Shown piece by piece: positions 19,603 to 29,594 of a stretch of DNA of 64,000 nucleotides (positions are counted from its first letter, which is position 1; every line of letters starts with the position of its first letter). The translations under genes and the position numbers were made by a program. The notes below the pieces were generated by a model. The model did no database searches and was not told where the DNA came from. It saw only the letters and a list, made by a program, of their open reading frames with translations. The DNA lies in NCBI GenBank assembly GCA_903937035.1, contig CAIZXS010000020.1:3443-67442 (forward strand), given 5' to 3'. The stretch comes from an uncultured bacterium (lineage in GTDB: Bacteria; Patescibacteriota; Minisyncoccia; Moranbacterales; UBA2206).

Positions 19603-20508
19603 ATGCAAGAAATAAAAACCGAAAAATTTAGCTGGATTGATTTTCAAGAACCGAATGCTGATGATGTTCTCCGAATCCAGAAAAGATTCAAACTCCACCC
19701 CCTGGTCGTGGAAGAATTTTCCACCCCGACACTAAGGCCCAAGGCGGCAGAATATGACAACTGCGTCTATCTCGCCATCCATATCCCCCTCTACGACAGC
19801 GAGAATAAAACCACCTATCCCGGAGAATTGGATATCGTAATTTGCGAAAACACGCTCATTACCTCTCATGACGTGGAGATATACCAATTGAATGACTTTT
19901 TCAATGAACTGAAAAAAAGTAAAAAAAAGCGCGAGGTCTATATGCAACAAAGCCCAGGAGCACTCCTGCGTTATCTTCTTGAAATGCTCCTCGAATCCTG
20001 CTTTCCACGCCTAGATCACATCTCCCGAAAACTGGACAACATTGAAAGAGAAATTTTTGCCCAACATGAAAAGGAGATGGTATTTGAAATTTCCTTAGTC
20101 AAAAGAGACATTCTCAATTTTCGTCGCACCATGAAACCACAACGTAGTGTTTTCGAGTCTCTCACTCAAGAACACAAATATATCGAAAAAGAACTCAGGC
20201 CATATTTCCAAGACCTCATCGGCACAAACATTCGCATCTGGAATATGTTGGAAAGCGCCAAGGAAACGATTGAGTCTCTGGAATCCACCAACAATTCCCT
20301 CCTTTCCAACCAGCTCGACATGACCATGAAAGTGCTCACGATTTTTTCCGCTGTAATGCTCCCGATGACTGTCTATTCCAATATCCTTGCTATGAGCGCC
20401 GATATCCCGTTTGGAAAGGATCCTAACGCTTTCTGGATTCATTTAAGCATCATGCTTGCGTTATCACTGATTACTATTACTTTTTTTAAAGCAAGAAAGT
20501 GGCTATAA
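19603..20508 (+). CDS. corA: CorA-family divalent cation transporter (atypical signature)
   Basis: WIDF..P, LHPL..EE...P.LRPK, MKVLTIFS..MLP.T plus two C-terminal TMs; GMN replaced by AMS. Confidence 0.85.
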   Translation: MQEIKTEKFSWIDFQEPNADDVLRIQKRFKLHPLVVEEFSTPTLRPKAAEYDNCVYLAIHIPLYDSENKTTYPGELDIVICENTLITSHDVEIYQLNDFFNELKKSKKKREVYMQQSPGALLRYLLEMLLESCFPRLDHISRKLDNIEREIFAQHEKEMVFEISLVKRDILNFRRTMKPQRSVFESLTQEHKYIEKELRPYFQDLIGTNIRIWNMLESAKETIESLESTNNSLLSNQLDMTMKVLTIFSAVMLPMTVYSNILAMSADIPFGKDPNAFWIHLSIMLALSLITITFFKARKWL

Positions 20509-20525
20509 TTATGAAAAGTTAAATT

Positions 20526-22001
20526 ATGCTAAAACTCTACAACACCCTCTCTCGGACAAAAGAAGAATTCAGGCCAATTAACCCCGGTAAAGTTGGTTTT
20601 TACACTTGTGGCCCCACTGTCTATGACTATATCCATATCGGAAACATCAAATCCTACATGACTGCTGATACGCTGCGTCGCTACCTAACCCATCTTGGCT
20701 ATGAGGTAAAACACATTAAAAACATCACGGACGTTGGGCATCTCACTGAAGATGACATCGCTCAAGGTGACAGCGGTGATGACAAGCTGGCAAAAAAAGC
20801 CATAGCGGAAAAAAAGTCTCCAGCTGAAGTAGCCAAATTCTATGAAAATTATTTTCACGAAGCAGAGAAAAAAATAAATATCCTGCCGGCACATTTTTTT
20901 CCCAGAGCAACAGCACATATTCCACAGATGATCAAAATTATCACTGCACTCATTGAAAAAGGATTCGCCTATGAAAAAAATGGTAATGTTTTTTTTAGTG
21001 TTAAAAAATTTCCTGATTATGGAAAACTTTCCGGCAATACCCTGTCCAATTTGAAAGTCGGCGCACGTCTAGAAGAGCACCCCGACAAGGACGACCCATG
21101 GGATTTCGCTCTCTGGCTGCGCGCACCCAAAGAACACTTAATGAAATTTGACTCTCCTTGGTCAATCGGCTATCCTGGCTGGCACATTGAATGCTCAGCC
21201 ATGAGTTCAGACTACCTGGACGACACTTTTGATATTCACACTGGAGGTGAAGATAATATTTTTCCTCATCATGAAGCAGAAATCGCACAAAGTGAATGTT
21301 TTTCTGGAAAAAAATTCGTTAATTATTGGCTACACACTCGACTACTCTTGGTAGATGGGATAAAGATGTCCAAATCTAAGGGTAATTTTTATCGACTAGA
21401 TGATGTCCTGGCGAAAGGCTACGATGCCATGGCCCTGCGCATCTTGATTCTATCTTCTCATTATCGAAGCCAGATGAATTTTACCTGGGAATCGATGGAC
21501 CAAGCCAAAAGTAATTTCGAAAGAATAGTGTCCTGGCTCAATAATTTAAAAAATATTGCCACAGATACCCCACAGACAAAAACCGAGATTAGTTTTACCC
21601 ATATCTACCAAAAACGCTTCGAAGAGGCGATGAATGATGACCTCAATACTCCACTCGCACTCAGCGTGATTTATGATTTGATTACCGAAACCAACAAGCT
21701 ATCATCGGAAGATAAGCTTTCTCCTACCACCGCCAAAGAAATCTTATCTTTTTGGAATCGAATCAATAAGGTTTTTGGACTTATTATTTCTAATCAAGAA
21801 AAAATTCCTGAAAATGTAATTCTTATCGCCGAGAGGAGAAAGCAAGCGAGGAATGAAAAAGATTTTCAACTCTCCGATGATTTGCGTGGAGAAATTGAAA
21901 ACCTTGGTTATTCGATAGAAGATATTAAAGATAATAATTATTCACTTAAACCTGCCCGCAATGCTTCGCATAGCGATGCAGGTGTGGAAAAAATAATATG
22001 A
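20526..22001 (+). CDS. cysS: Cysteine--tRNA ligase
   Basis: CGPTVY, HIGN, PGWHIECSAM, FPHHE.E, KMSKS, DDLNTP. Confidence 0.97.
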   Translation: MLKLYNTLSRTKEEFRPINPGKVGFYTCGPTVYDYIHIGNIKSYMTADTLRRYLTHLGYEVKHIKNITDVGHLTEDDIAQGDSGDDKLAKKAIAEKKSPAEVAKFYENYFHEAEKKINILPAHFFPRATAHIPQMIKIITALIEKGFAYEKNGNVFFSVKKFPDYGKLSGNTLSNLKVGARLEEHPDKDDPWDFALWLRAPKEHLMKFDSPWSIGYPGWHIECSAMSSDYLDDTFDIHTGGEDNIFPHHEAEIAQSECFSGKKFVNYWLHTRLLLVDGIKMSKSKGNFYRLDDVLAKGYDAMALRILILSSHYRSQMNFTWESMDQAKSNFERIVSWLNNLKNIATDTPQTKTEISFTHIYQKRFEEAMNDDLNTPLALSVIYDLITETNKLSSEDKLSPTTAKEILSFWNRINKVFGLIISNQEKIPENVILIAERRKQARNEKDFQLSDDLRGEIENLGYSIEDIKDNNYSLKPARNASHSDAGVEKII

Positions 22002-22228
22002 ACGATTTCTGCGATTGCTCACAATGTCCACATCATTGCTCGGGAGATGACGAGTCGATAGATTCACCTACTGCTGCAACTTCAGTTTTTGATGATTCCG
22101 AGGAAACATCAAATGATAAAGATACCAAAGCTTCAGCCGAAAAGAAGGTTAAAAAACTCAAAAAGGATATCAAGGCTCTCGGCTTTAAGTTAAAAGATAC
22201 GGATAAAGGAATTAGGGTAACGATGTAG
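21998..22228 (+). CDS. Small hypothetical protein with N-terminal CxCxxCxxxC cluster
   Basis: ATGA overlap with the cysS stop; MNDFCDCSQCPHHC, acidic linker, basic C-terminus. Confidence 0.65.
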   Translation: MNDFCDCSQCPHHCSGDDESIDSPTAATSVFDDSEETSNDKDTKASAEKKVKKLKKDIKALGFKLKDTDKGIRVTM

Positions 22229-22235
22229 CTATATG

Positions 22236-22439
22236 TGTCATTCCCGCGAAGGCGGCCTGCCTGCTGGTAGGCAGGGAATCCAGTCTCTAGGCCATAGCAA
22301 AAACGAGCATCGTCCTGATTGGCGATTCTTTGTTTGTAAAAATTCATTTTTTGCACCTATTTTCTCAGCTTATCAAAATACAAAGTTAGTAATTCTTACT
22401 AAGTCTTTACACTGGATCCCCGCCTGCGCGGGGATGACA
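22236..22439. mobile_element. MITE-like element TGTCATTCCCGC..GGGAATCCAG / CTGGATCCCC..GGGATGACA with a nested CCTGCC palindrome
   Basis: Terminal inverted arms at 22236-22283 and 22412-22439; second copy at 27001-27158. Confidence 0.65.
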
Positions 22440-22452
22440 ATTTTTTATTTAT

Positions 22453-23436
22453 ATGACCAAAAACTTCTGGCAAAAAATTAAAAAACCGATTTTAGCATTA
22501 GCCCCAATGGCCGGAATCACTGATAGCGCTTTTCGTCAGATTTGTCGTGAAAATAGCGCTGATGTGACATATTCCGAGATGGCCAGCGTGAGTGCGCTAT
22601 TCTATAAGCCGCAAAAAACCCTAGAGTTAGTTAGATTTAATAAGAAAGAACGGCCCTATGTCGTGCAACTCTTTGGCAATAAGCCGGAACATTTTGCTGT
22701 CGCCACGAAAATTATTAGCAAAGAAGTCAAGCCGGACGGCATCGACATTAATTTCGGCTGCCCTGCTAAAAAAGTTTTTAAACATGGTAGCGGTTGCGCT
22801 CTCATGCCTCAGATTGAACTGGCGCGCGAAATCATTTCTGCGGTTTGCGGAAATACTACTCTGCCAGTTTCGATCAAAATTCGTGCAGGAATTGGAGGAA
22901 AAGACGCATCGCAATGCGTCTCTACGGCCATTAAATTTATCAAAAAGACCAAAGACCTTCCCTACTCGGCCGTTATGGTTCATGGCCGCACCTATGAAGG
23001 CGGATTTTCTGGTCCGGTTGATTGGGAAATAATTTCCCAGATCAAAAAAATCATTCCCGAAAAAATTGTTCTGGGCAATGGCGGAATCACCACCCCCGAA
23101 AATGCATTAGAAGTTTTACAAAAATATCCCAACATTGACGGCCTCGGCATTGCCCGCGGCGCCTGGGGCAAGCCCTATCTTTTTGAACAAATTAAAAAAT
23201 ACGTCCATACCATAGGGGCGGTTCATGAACCGCCCCTACCACCGGTTTTTTCCAAAATCAAAAAAATAATGCTCACCCACGCTAAACTAATTTTTGCCGA
23301 CAAATCAGAAATGGGGAAATTTGAAATCCGAAAACACCTTGCCTGGTACATTAAAGGCTTCCCCGGCGCCTCCGAGCTCCGTCAAAAGCTAGTTCGAGCC
23401 GAAAGCGTCAAAGAAATCAAGGAAATTTTAAGATAA
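22453..23436 (+). CDS. dusB: tRNA-dihydrouridine synthase (DusB-like)
   Basis: LAPMAGITD, QLFG, IDINFGCP, SIKIR.G, HGRT, GNGGI, ARG, RKHLAWY. Confidence 0.92.
   Translation: MTKNFWQKIKKPILALAPMAGITDSAFRQICRENSADVTYSEMASVSALFYKPQKTLELVRFNKKERPYVVQLFGNKPEHFAVATKIISKEVKPDGIDINFGCPAKKVFKHGSGCALMPQIELAREIISAVCGNTTLPVSIKIRAGIGGKDASQCVSTAIKFIKKTKDLPYSAVMVHGRTYEGGFSGPVDWEIISQIKKIIPEKIVLGNGGITTPENALEVLQKYPNIDGLGIARGAWGKPYLFEQIKKYVHTIGAVHEPPLPPVFSKIKKIMLTHAKLIFADKSEMGKFEIRKHLAWYIKGFPGASELRQKLVRAESVKEIKEILR
22902..22925. repeat. GTAG-type REP palindrome in frame within dus
   Basis: AGACGCAT-CGCA-ATGCGTCT-CTAC encodes DASQCVST. Confidence 0.75.
23213..23238. repeat. Perfect 26-bp REP palindrome in frame within dus
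   Basis: TAGGGGCGGTTCA|TGAACCGCCCCTA(C) encodes IGAVHEPPL. Confidence 0.85.
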
Positions 23437-23439
23437 CAG

Positions 23440-23583
23440 GACTTACGCGCTTGCCAAGAGCAAGCTTTTCTATGGCCAAGGTTAATTCTGAAAAACTTTA
23501 ATGGCTTCAGCTGTTAAAATAGATTAAAATAACCTCTAAGCAGCCATGCGCTTTAAAGATTGCTCTTGGTAAGCGTGTAAGTC
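23440..23583. repeat. Long imperfect inverted repeat between dus and dnaB
   Basis: gacttacgcgcttgccaagagcaa ... ttgctcttggtaagcgtgtaagtc (22/24 complementary). Confidence 0.8.
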
Positions 23584-23633
23584 ATACATAAATAATGTGC
23601 ACAATCAGCGCATAAGTTGGGCAAAAGTGCAAG

Positions 23634-23662
23634 TTGCCGAGTTGCTCTTCTCTTGCTAGAAT
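23634..23662 (+). promoter_or_regulatory. Sigma70-type promoter of dnaB, predicting a near-leaderless mRNA
   Basis: TTGCCG-17 bp-TAGAAT with extended -10 TG; only 9 nt between the -10 box and the ATG. Confidence 0.55.
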
Positions 23663-23671
23663 AGATTAGCT

Positions 23672-25033
23672 ATGGCAACAGCTGAAAACAAAGACTTGAA
23701 ACTTCCACCCCAAAACATCGACGCGGAAAAATCCGTGCTCGGTGCTTTAATGTTGGACAAAGACGCCATTATCCGTGTCGCTAACCTCGTACGCCTCGGT
23801 GATTTCTATAAAGACACACACAATCTGATCTATGAAACAATGATTGATCTCTATGAAAAGAGAGAGCCAATCGACGTACTCAGCCTTTCCAACCGTCTTG
23901 AAGAAAAGGGTCAACTTGACACTATTGGCGGATCAAGTTATCTTGCCACGTTAGTCAATACTGTTCCTTCAAGTTCGAATGTTTCTCACTACGCGAAAGT
24001 CGTACAAAAAAAATCAACACTGCGAAAATTAATTGAAACAGCCAGTGAAATTGTTGAGCTCGGCTATCATGAAGAAGAAGACGTGGATAAACTGCTTGAC
24101 GAAGCTGAGCAAAAACTTTTTGCTGTTTCGCAAAAGTACATCAAGCAAGATTTTGTGCCAATCCGTTCCATTCTGGAGGCAGCCTTCAATCGCATTGATG
24201 AGCTGCATAAAGGTGACCATCAGTTGCGAGGAATTCCGACTGGCTACACCGACCTCAATAATGTTCTCGCTGGTTTCCAAAAATCCGACCTCATCATTTT
24301 GGCAGCGCGTCCTAGTATCGGAAAATCCACTCTAGCCATGGACTTTGCCAGAAGCATTGCCGTGAAAGAAAAAATCGGTGTCGGTGTCTTTTCCTTGGAA
24401 ATGGGCGCTGATCAATTGATTGATAGGATGCTCGCCGCTCAATCAGGAGTGGACTTGTGGCGTTTACGCACGGGTCGCCTCAAAACTGGCGATGGTGATG
24501 ACGACTTCCAGCGAATCGGCGAAGCAATGGGAGTGCTTTCAGAGGCGCCAATTTTCATTGATGACTCTGGTTCTGCCAACATTATGGAAATTCGCACCAT
24601 GGCAAGGCGCCTTCAAATGGAACATAATGTTGGGATGATTATTATTGACTACCTGCAACTTATGGAAGGTCGCTCATCTAGTGGCGATAACCGCGTCAAT
24701 GAAATTTCCGAAATATCTCGCTCCCTAAAACAGCTAGCCCGTGAACTCAACATCCCCGTTATTGCCCTCTCGCAACTCTCCCGTAACGTCGAATCACGCA
24801 GTCCGCAAATTCCAAAGCTATCCGACTTGCGTGAATCTGGTTCGATTGAGCAGGACGCTGACATCGTGCTATTCCTCTATCGTGAAGACCGTGAAAAACC
24901 AGACACTCCTAATAAAAATATCGTCGAGGTTCACATCGCCAAACACCGCAACGGTCCCGTTGGGAAAATATCCCTCTATTTCGATGAGTCATCCGCAACC
25001 TTTAAATCACTGGAACGAGTGCATACGGAATAG
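23672..25033 (+). CDS. dnaB: Replicative DNA helicase
   Basis: PPQN.DAE.SVLG, AARPSIGKS, IDYLQL, LSQLSR, LRESGSIEQDAD, KHRNGP; no intein. Confidence 0.98.
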   Translation: MATAENKDLKLPPQNIDAEKSVLGALMLDKDAIIRVANLVRLGDFYKDTHNLIYETMIDLYEKREPIDVLSLSNRLEEKGQLDTIGGSSYLATLVNTVPSSSNVSHYAKVVQKKSTLRKLIETASEIVELGYHEEEDVDKLLDEAEQKLFAVSQKYIKQDFVPIRSILEAAFNRIDELHKGDHQLRGIPTGYTDLNNVLAGFQKSDLIILAARPSIGKSTLAMDFARSIAVKEKIGVGVFSLEMGADQLIDRMLAAQSGVDLWRLRTGRLKTGDGDDDFQRIGEAMGVLSEAPIFIDDSGSANIMEIRTMARRLQMEHNVGMIIIDYLQLMEGRSSSGDNRVNEISEISRSLKQLARELNIPVIALSQLSRNVESRSPQIPKLSDLRESGSIEQDADIVLFLYREDREKPDTPNKNIVEVHIAKHRNGPVGKISLYFDESSATFKSLERVHTE

Positions 25034-25035
25034 CC

Positions 25036-25158
25036 TAAAAATCCAAAGCCCAAATGACAAATGTCAATTCAAATCAAAAGTTCAAATATCAAATTTTCTA
25101 TTTTTGCATTTTGTCATTTGATATTGATTTGAAATTTGGATTTTGAAATTTGAAATTT
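25036..25158. repeat. Heptamer-periodic long hairpin (CAAATNN / NNATTTG)
   Basis: caaatga caaatgt caattc aaatcaa ... ttgtcatttg atattgatttg aaatttg gattttg aaatttg aaattt. Confidence 0.75.
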
Positions 25159-25165
25159 ATAGCAT

Positions 25166-25759
25166 ATGTATCCCAAATCTTTCAAAAAACTAATCGACAA
25201 CTTCGCGGCTTTGCCCTCCATCGGTCCTAAAATGGCCGAACGCTTGGTATTGTATTTATTCAAAGAAGATAATCAAAAATTATCTGAGTTTGCCAAAAGC
25301 CTTGAGGATTTCAAGAAGAATCTTCGTCACTGTAAAAAATGCTGGAATATCAGCGAAGAAGAATATTGCTCAATTTGCAAAGATAGCTCACGCGATCAAG
25401 CCACAATTTGCGTCGTAGAAGATGCACTGGATGTTTTTGCGATCGAAAAAACTAAAAAATATAACGGCATATACCATGTTCTCGGCGGAGTGCTTAACCC
25501 AACAAGAACCGTCGGATCGGACAATTTGCATTTCAAGGACTTGGAAAATAGAGCTGAAAAAGAAGAAATCAAAGAAGTGATTCTAGCCATGAATCCAACC
25601 ACAGAAGGCGACGCCACAGCGCTCTATATCACCAGAAACCTAAAAGATAAAGGCGCGAAGATTACCCGCCTCGCAAGGGGCCTCGCCACTGGCGCTGACA
25701 TTGAACATGCGGATGAGCTAACACTCAGTTCGTCTCTTGCCAATAGGAGGGAAGTTTAA
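25166..25759 (+). CDS. recR: Recombination mediator RecR
   Basis: LPSIGPK.AERL, C4 zinc finger, ICVVE, YHVLGG, NPT.EGDATA. Confidence 0.97.
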   Translation: MYPKSFKKLIDNFAALPSIGPKMAERLVLYLFKEDNQKLSEFAKSLEDFKKNLRHCKKCWNISEEEYCSICKDSSRDQATICVVEDALDVFAIEKTKKYNGIYHVLGGVLNPTRTVGSDNLHFKDLENRAEKEEIKEVILAMNPTTEGDATALYITRNLKDKGAKITRLARGLATGADIEHADELTLSSSLANRREV

Positions 25760-25765
25760 AAAAAC

Positions 25766-25798
25766 AAAAAAACTCGGATCCTCTCGGTCCGAGTTTTT
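25766..25798. terminator. Bidirectional terminator between convergent recR and rplU
   Basis: aaaaaactcgga-tcctctcgg-tccgagttttt. Confidence 0.8.
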
Positions 25799-25816
25799 AA
25801 TATTTCAAAAGAAAAC

Positions 25817-26125
25817 TTAAGCAATCTTAGTAATTTCCACTTCTGTAAAGATTTGGCGATGTCCAAATTTAACCTTGTATCTTTTCTTGGCTTTAAATTT
25901 AATACCAGTCACTTTGTCGCCTTGCTCAGTGCGCAGAATCTTGCCTTCCACTATTGCGCCAGTAAGAAAGGGTGTTCCGACTTTTATTTCTTTTTCATCA
26001 CCCACAAAAAGGACTTCGGAAAAAACGATTGTGCTTCCAACTGCATCTTCTAGTTTTTCAACCTTAACCTTATCCCCCACTTTTACTTTATACTGCTTGC
26101 CACCAGTCTTGATAATTGCCAACAT
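25817..26125 (-). CDS. rplU: 50S ribosomal protein L21
   Basis: AIIKTGGKQYKV, GTP, GHRQ; start at Met5. Confidence 0.97.
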   Translation of the reverse strand: MLAIIKTGGKQYKVKVGDKVKVEKLEDAVGSTIVFSEVLFVGDEKEIKVGTPFLTGAIVEGKILRTEQGDKVTGIKFKAKKRYKVKFGHRQIFTEVEITKIA

Positions 26126-26244
26126 AATAGAATTCACTAAATTTAATTAAAAGCTTTAACTTAGCCATTGTACCGTACTTTTTGGCTCCTGTCAATAACC
26201 AGCCCGCAACTTGTCCGCCTTGGGCAAAAAACTCACAATAAATC

Positions 26245-26976
26245 CTAAATTTCTGACCGGTCGATACCAATGCTCGCAAGAAGCTCTAACTGCTCAGGGC
26301 CTTCAATTTCTCGATATTCTCGCGTTTTAAGGCCTCCCAGTTTAATATTCATAATTCTCACTCGCTTAAGTTCAGTCACCTTGCGCTCTAATTTTTCACA
26401 CATTCGCCTAATTTGTCTTTTTTTGCCTTCTGTAAGCACGATAGAAAAAGCTAAATCATTAACTTTTTCGACCACGCAAGGCCTTGTCCTGTATCCATCA
26501 TCTAAAATTACCCCTTCAGCCATATTCTTTATAAACGCCGGGCTAATCGTCCTGTCAACTTTGACCAAGTATTCCTTTTCGTGATAATGGTCAGGATTGA
26601 GAAGTCTGTCTGTCACGCGACCATCGTTTGTGAGAATAATCAGTCCATGCGAATCCTTGTCGAGCCTGCCAACCGGAAAAACTTTTTGCGAATAGTTGAA
26701 AATATCCTCAATACTTTTCTCCCCCTTCTGAGGACTATGCGTCACGATGCCTTGTGGCTTATTATAAGCCAAGTACACCATTTTTTTATTACGGCGGATG
26801 TCCTTGTCGATTGTCACTTCATCAGCTTCGTTAACCTTAGCACCAAGAACTGCCACTTGACCACTGATTTTGACTCGGCCAGATTTAATGATTTCATCTG
26901 CTGCGCGACGTGTGCAAAAATTATTATAAGCCAGATACTTATTAATTCTGATGGGATAAATTATTTCTTTTTTCAT
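26245..26976 (-). CDS. rRNA pseudouridine synthase (RsuA/RluB/RluF family)
   Basis: S4 domain RINKYLA, NKPQG, VGRLDKDSHGL, EGKKRQIRRM. Confidence 0.93.
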   Translation of the reverse strand: MKKEIIYPIRINKYLAYNNFCTRRAADEIIKSGRVKISGQVAVLGAKVNEADEVTIDKDIRRNKKMVYLAYNKPQGIVTHSPQKGEKSIEDIFNYSQKVFPVGRLDKDSHGLIILTNDGRVTDRLLNPDHYHEKEYLVKVDRTISPAFIKNMAEGVILDDGYRTRPCVVEKVNDLAFSIVLTEGKKRQIRRMCEKLERKVTELKRVRIMNIKLGGLKTREYREIEGPEQLELLASIGIDRSEI

Positions 26977-27000
26977 TTAATTATGATAGACCGCCATATT

Positions 27001-27158
27001 TGTCATTCCCGCGAAGGCGGGAATCCAGGCTCCACTAGTTATAAATTACAAACAATCAAGTTATAAATCCCCTAACTTCTTATTATCAACCAGTAAATTC
27101 TGTTTTTCTTTTTCTTAAAACCTGAGGTGCCTGGATCCCCGACTTCTCGGGGATGACA
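27001..27158. mobile_element. MITE-like element, second TGTCATTCCCGC..ATGACA copy
   Basis: tgtcattcccgcgaaggcgggaatccagg ... cctggatccccgacttctcggggatgaca. Confidence 0.65.
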
Positions 27159-27195
27159 CGGAAGAGAGAATCGCACTAAAAGATTAAACTCTACC

Positions 27196-28032
27196 TTAGC
27201 ACAAACTCTCAACCTTGTCCACCACCTCATCAATTAGAAACTGCGCTGTCGAAGCGCCAGCGGCGATGCCAACCTTTTTGACCCCTGCAAACCATTCAAG
27301 TTGTAACTCGGAAGCTGTTTCAATGTGTTTGGTGGGTGTTTTTTGCGCTTCACTCAATTGCACCAACTTTCCAGTATTACTGGAATTCCTTCCTCCAATC
27401 ACGAGCACAATATCCACCTCTTTTGCTAATGCTGAGACTTCTGCTTGCTTGGTCGAACTATCAAGGCAAATCGTATTTTCAATAACCAGGTGCTTTGTTT
27501 TTTTCAATAGCTCTGCAACAATATCCTGCAAAAGCTCTACCTTTTGGGTAGTTTGACTAAGAATCCCAACGGTTCCCTTGAATTTCATGCTACTCACTTC
27601 ATTTGCATCATGGATTATTTTCGCCGAATTACTAGCCCAAGCATTTATTCCGATCACTTCAGCATGCTCCGGATCGCCACAAATAACCACATCGAAGCCA
27701 TCATTATGAAATTTCTCCGCAACCATTTGTGCGCGCCGCACAAAAGGACAAGTTGCGTCTAAGATTTCTCCGTTCTGAGCAATGATATCCTTCACAATAT
27801 TCGGATCAATCCCATGACTACGCACCAAAAAAAGACTCCCTACTGGAACTTCCGCCGGATCTTTGACGGTCACAAGTCCCCGTTGCTCCAACTTTTCAAT
27901 CACTTGCTGATTATGAATAAGGGAGCCCAAGCAATAAACTCTGCGCCCGCCCTCCAAGGCTTTTTCCGCCATGTCCACCGCACGCCTAACTCCGAAACAA
28001 AAACCAGCATGCTTAGCAATTATAATTTCCAT
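27196..28032 (-). CDS. ispH: 4-hydroxy-3-methylbut-2-enyl diphosphate reductase
   Basis: AGFCFGV, IHN, SHG, DATCPFV, HAEV, QTT, NTIC, SSNT, AGAST. Confidence 0.95.
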   Translation of the reverse strand: MEIIIAKHAGFCFGVRRAVDMAEKALEGGRRVYCLGSLIHNQQVIEKLEQRGLVTVKDPAEVPVGSLFLVRSHGIDPNIVKDIIAQNGEILDATCPFVRRAQMVAEKFHNDGFDVVICGDPEHAEVIGINAWASNSAKIIHDANEVSSMKFKGTVGILSQTTQKVELLQDIVAELLKKTKHLVIENTICLDSSTKQAEVSALAKEVDIVLVIGGRNSSNTGKLVQLSEAQKTPTKHIETASELQLEWFAGVKKVGIAAGASTAQFLIDEVVDKVESLC

Positions 28033-28559
28033 ATTTTAGAATAAAATTTATTGACAAAATAAATCGCAATTACACCATAAACGATTCCCAAGGTTGATCC
28101 CGCTAAAACATCACTTGGGTAGTGCATACCATCATGCATTCTAGCAAAAGCCATAAATAATACAAACATACCCATCACCGGCCAAAATTTTCTATAATAA
28201 TAGAAATACACCGAAAGCACAGCGAGAGTGCTCGCCATATGACTAGAGGGAAAGGATGAATCGGCATATAATTTTCCAAGCGGGAGAATGCTATGATCAA
28301 AAATATATGGCCTTATTCTAAAAAAATAGTCAGCTAGAAAATGCTTTATGAAACCTTCACTGATAGAGAAATGCAAAATCAAAGCTATCACAACTGCCAA
28401 TAGCACCTTCTTGCCACTACGCTTATCCAAAAATAAGATTGCGAGAGTAATCAATGTCCACAATACGATCAAGAAGAGTTCATTACTGACAAAAACAGTA
28501 ACGGGATTCACCCAACCAAACCACACGTGATTTAAATATTCAACGATTGATAGTTCCAT
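28020..28559 (-). CDS. PAP2-family membrane phosphatase
   Basis: K..........RP, SFPSSH, R...GMHYPSDV motifs; multiple TMs. Confidence 0.92.
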   Translation of the reverse strand: MELSIVEYLNHVWFGWVNPVTVFVSNELFLIVLWTLITLAILFLDKRSGKKVLLAVVIALILHFSISEGFIKHFLADYFFRIRPYIFDHSILPLGKLYADSSFPSSHMASTLAVLSVYFYYYRKFWPVMGMFVLFMAFARMHDGMHYPSDVLAGSTLGIVYGVIAIYFVNKFYSKIWKL

Positions 28560-29589
28560 ATTCTTTAATTGACCTATTAATTTCAGCTAAAATTTTAGCA
28601 TTATCCTCTTTTGGATATTGTTCCAAATTTATCTGATACTCAGAAATTTTATCCAAAAAATCATTAATCACTCGCATGGTCATTTTTTCACAAAACACAC
28701 CATAACCCATCTTTTCTAAATAATAGGCATTAATAATTTGCTCAAAATGATTTTTGAGTGGAATCGCGAAATAGGGTTTTCCCAAATATAGTGCTTCGCT
28801 GATGAGACCAAAACCAGCGTTAGCGATAATTCCTCGGCACCGGCACAAATCATCCAAAAATCCTTCCTGGCTAGGCTTTTTGTAAACTATATTTTTTTCA
28901 CGTCCCACTCTTCCTAGACCATAGACAATAAATTGGCAATCAATCCCTTTTAAATATTCCACAGCGCCCTCAAAACCTGCTGTCAGATAAACTAGAATAT
29001 AATCCTCTGTAGTAGGTTTTAGTGCAAGAATTTCTTTTCGTAAAATTGGAGAAAACAGGAGGACTTTTTTATTAATTATCCGCTCTTTTACAAAAGTAAG
29101 GGCAAGATATTTCTTCGCATTAGGCACGAATAGCTGGACAAAGGCATTGGTCATCAAAGCCTCCTTTGCATATTTTTTCGGATATTCTATCGCCGTTCCC
29201 GAAATGAAATGTTGATTGTCAATTGAGATAAGCGGAATGCGATTAGTTCTCGCCGCCACCGCGCAAGTTGGCTCAAAATCAGTGATTATAATATTTGGTC
29301 TAAACTCCTTCACGAGCCTATCAACATCAACATAACTTCCCAATATTTCTTTCAGCTTTTTACCATTTTTGATAAATGTCTCAATATACTTAACCTGATT
29401 ATTCTCAAAACTAAACCCAAGTCCTTCAATTTCCATAACGTCAAACAACAGACTCAAGCTTTTATATCCCCGATCATATGACACTACCCTTACTTGGTGA
29501 CCAACTGAAAGCAAATAATTTATAATTTCTTTTGCTCGCATCGCGTGGCCAGTTCCCTCTCCCGCTACGCCATAAAGAATTTTAGCCAT
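28540..29589 (-). CDS. GT-B glycosyltransferase (MJ1255/GT28-like)
   Basis: MAKILYGVAGEGTGHAMR, TDFEP, IDNQH, NAGFGLISEALYLGKP, FEQ..NA; start at Met20. Confidence 0.88.
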   Translation of the reverse strand: MAKILYGVAGEGTGHAMRAKEIINYLLSVGHQVRVVSYDRGYKSLSLLFDVMEIEGLGFSFENNQVKYIETFIKNGKKLKEILGSYVDVDRLVKEFRPNIIITDFEPTCAVAARTNRIPLISIDNQHFISGTAIEYPKKYAKEALMTNAFVQLFVPNAKKYLALTFVKERIINKKVLLFSPILRKEILALKPTTEDYILVYLTAGFEGAVEYLKGIDCQFIVYGLGRVGREKNIVYKKPSQEGFLDDLCRCRGIIANAGFGLISEALYLGKPYFAIPLKNHFEQIINAYYLEKMGYGVFCEKMTMRVINDFLDKISEYQINLEQYPKEDNAKILAEINRSIKEYGTINR

Positions 29590-29594
29590 AAGTA

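Noticed and set aside
22033-22481. 107-aa and 82-aa ORFs
   Set aside because: They span the MITE-like repeat and show no protein features
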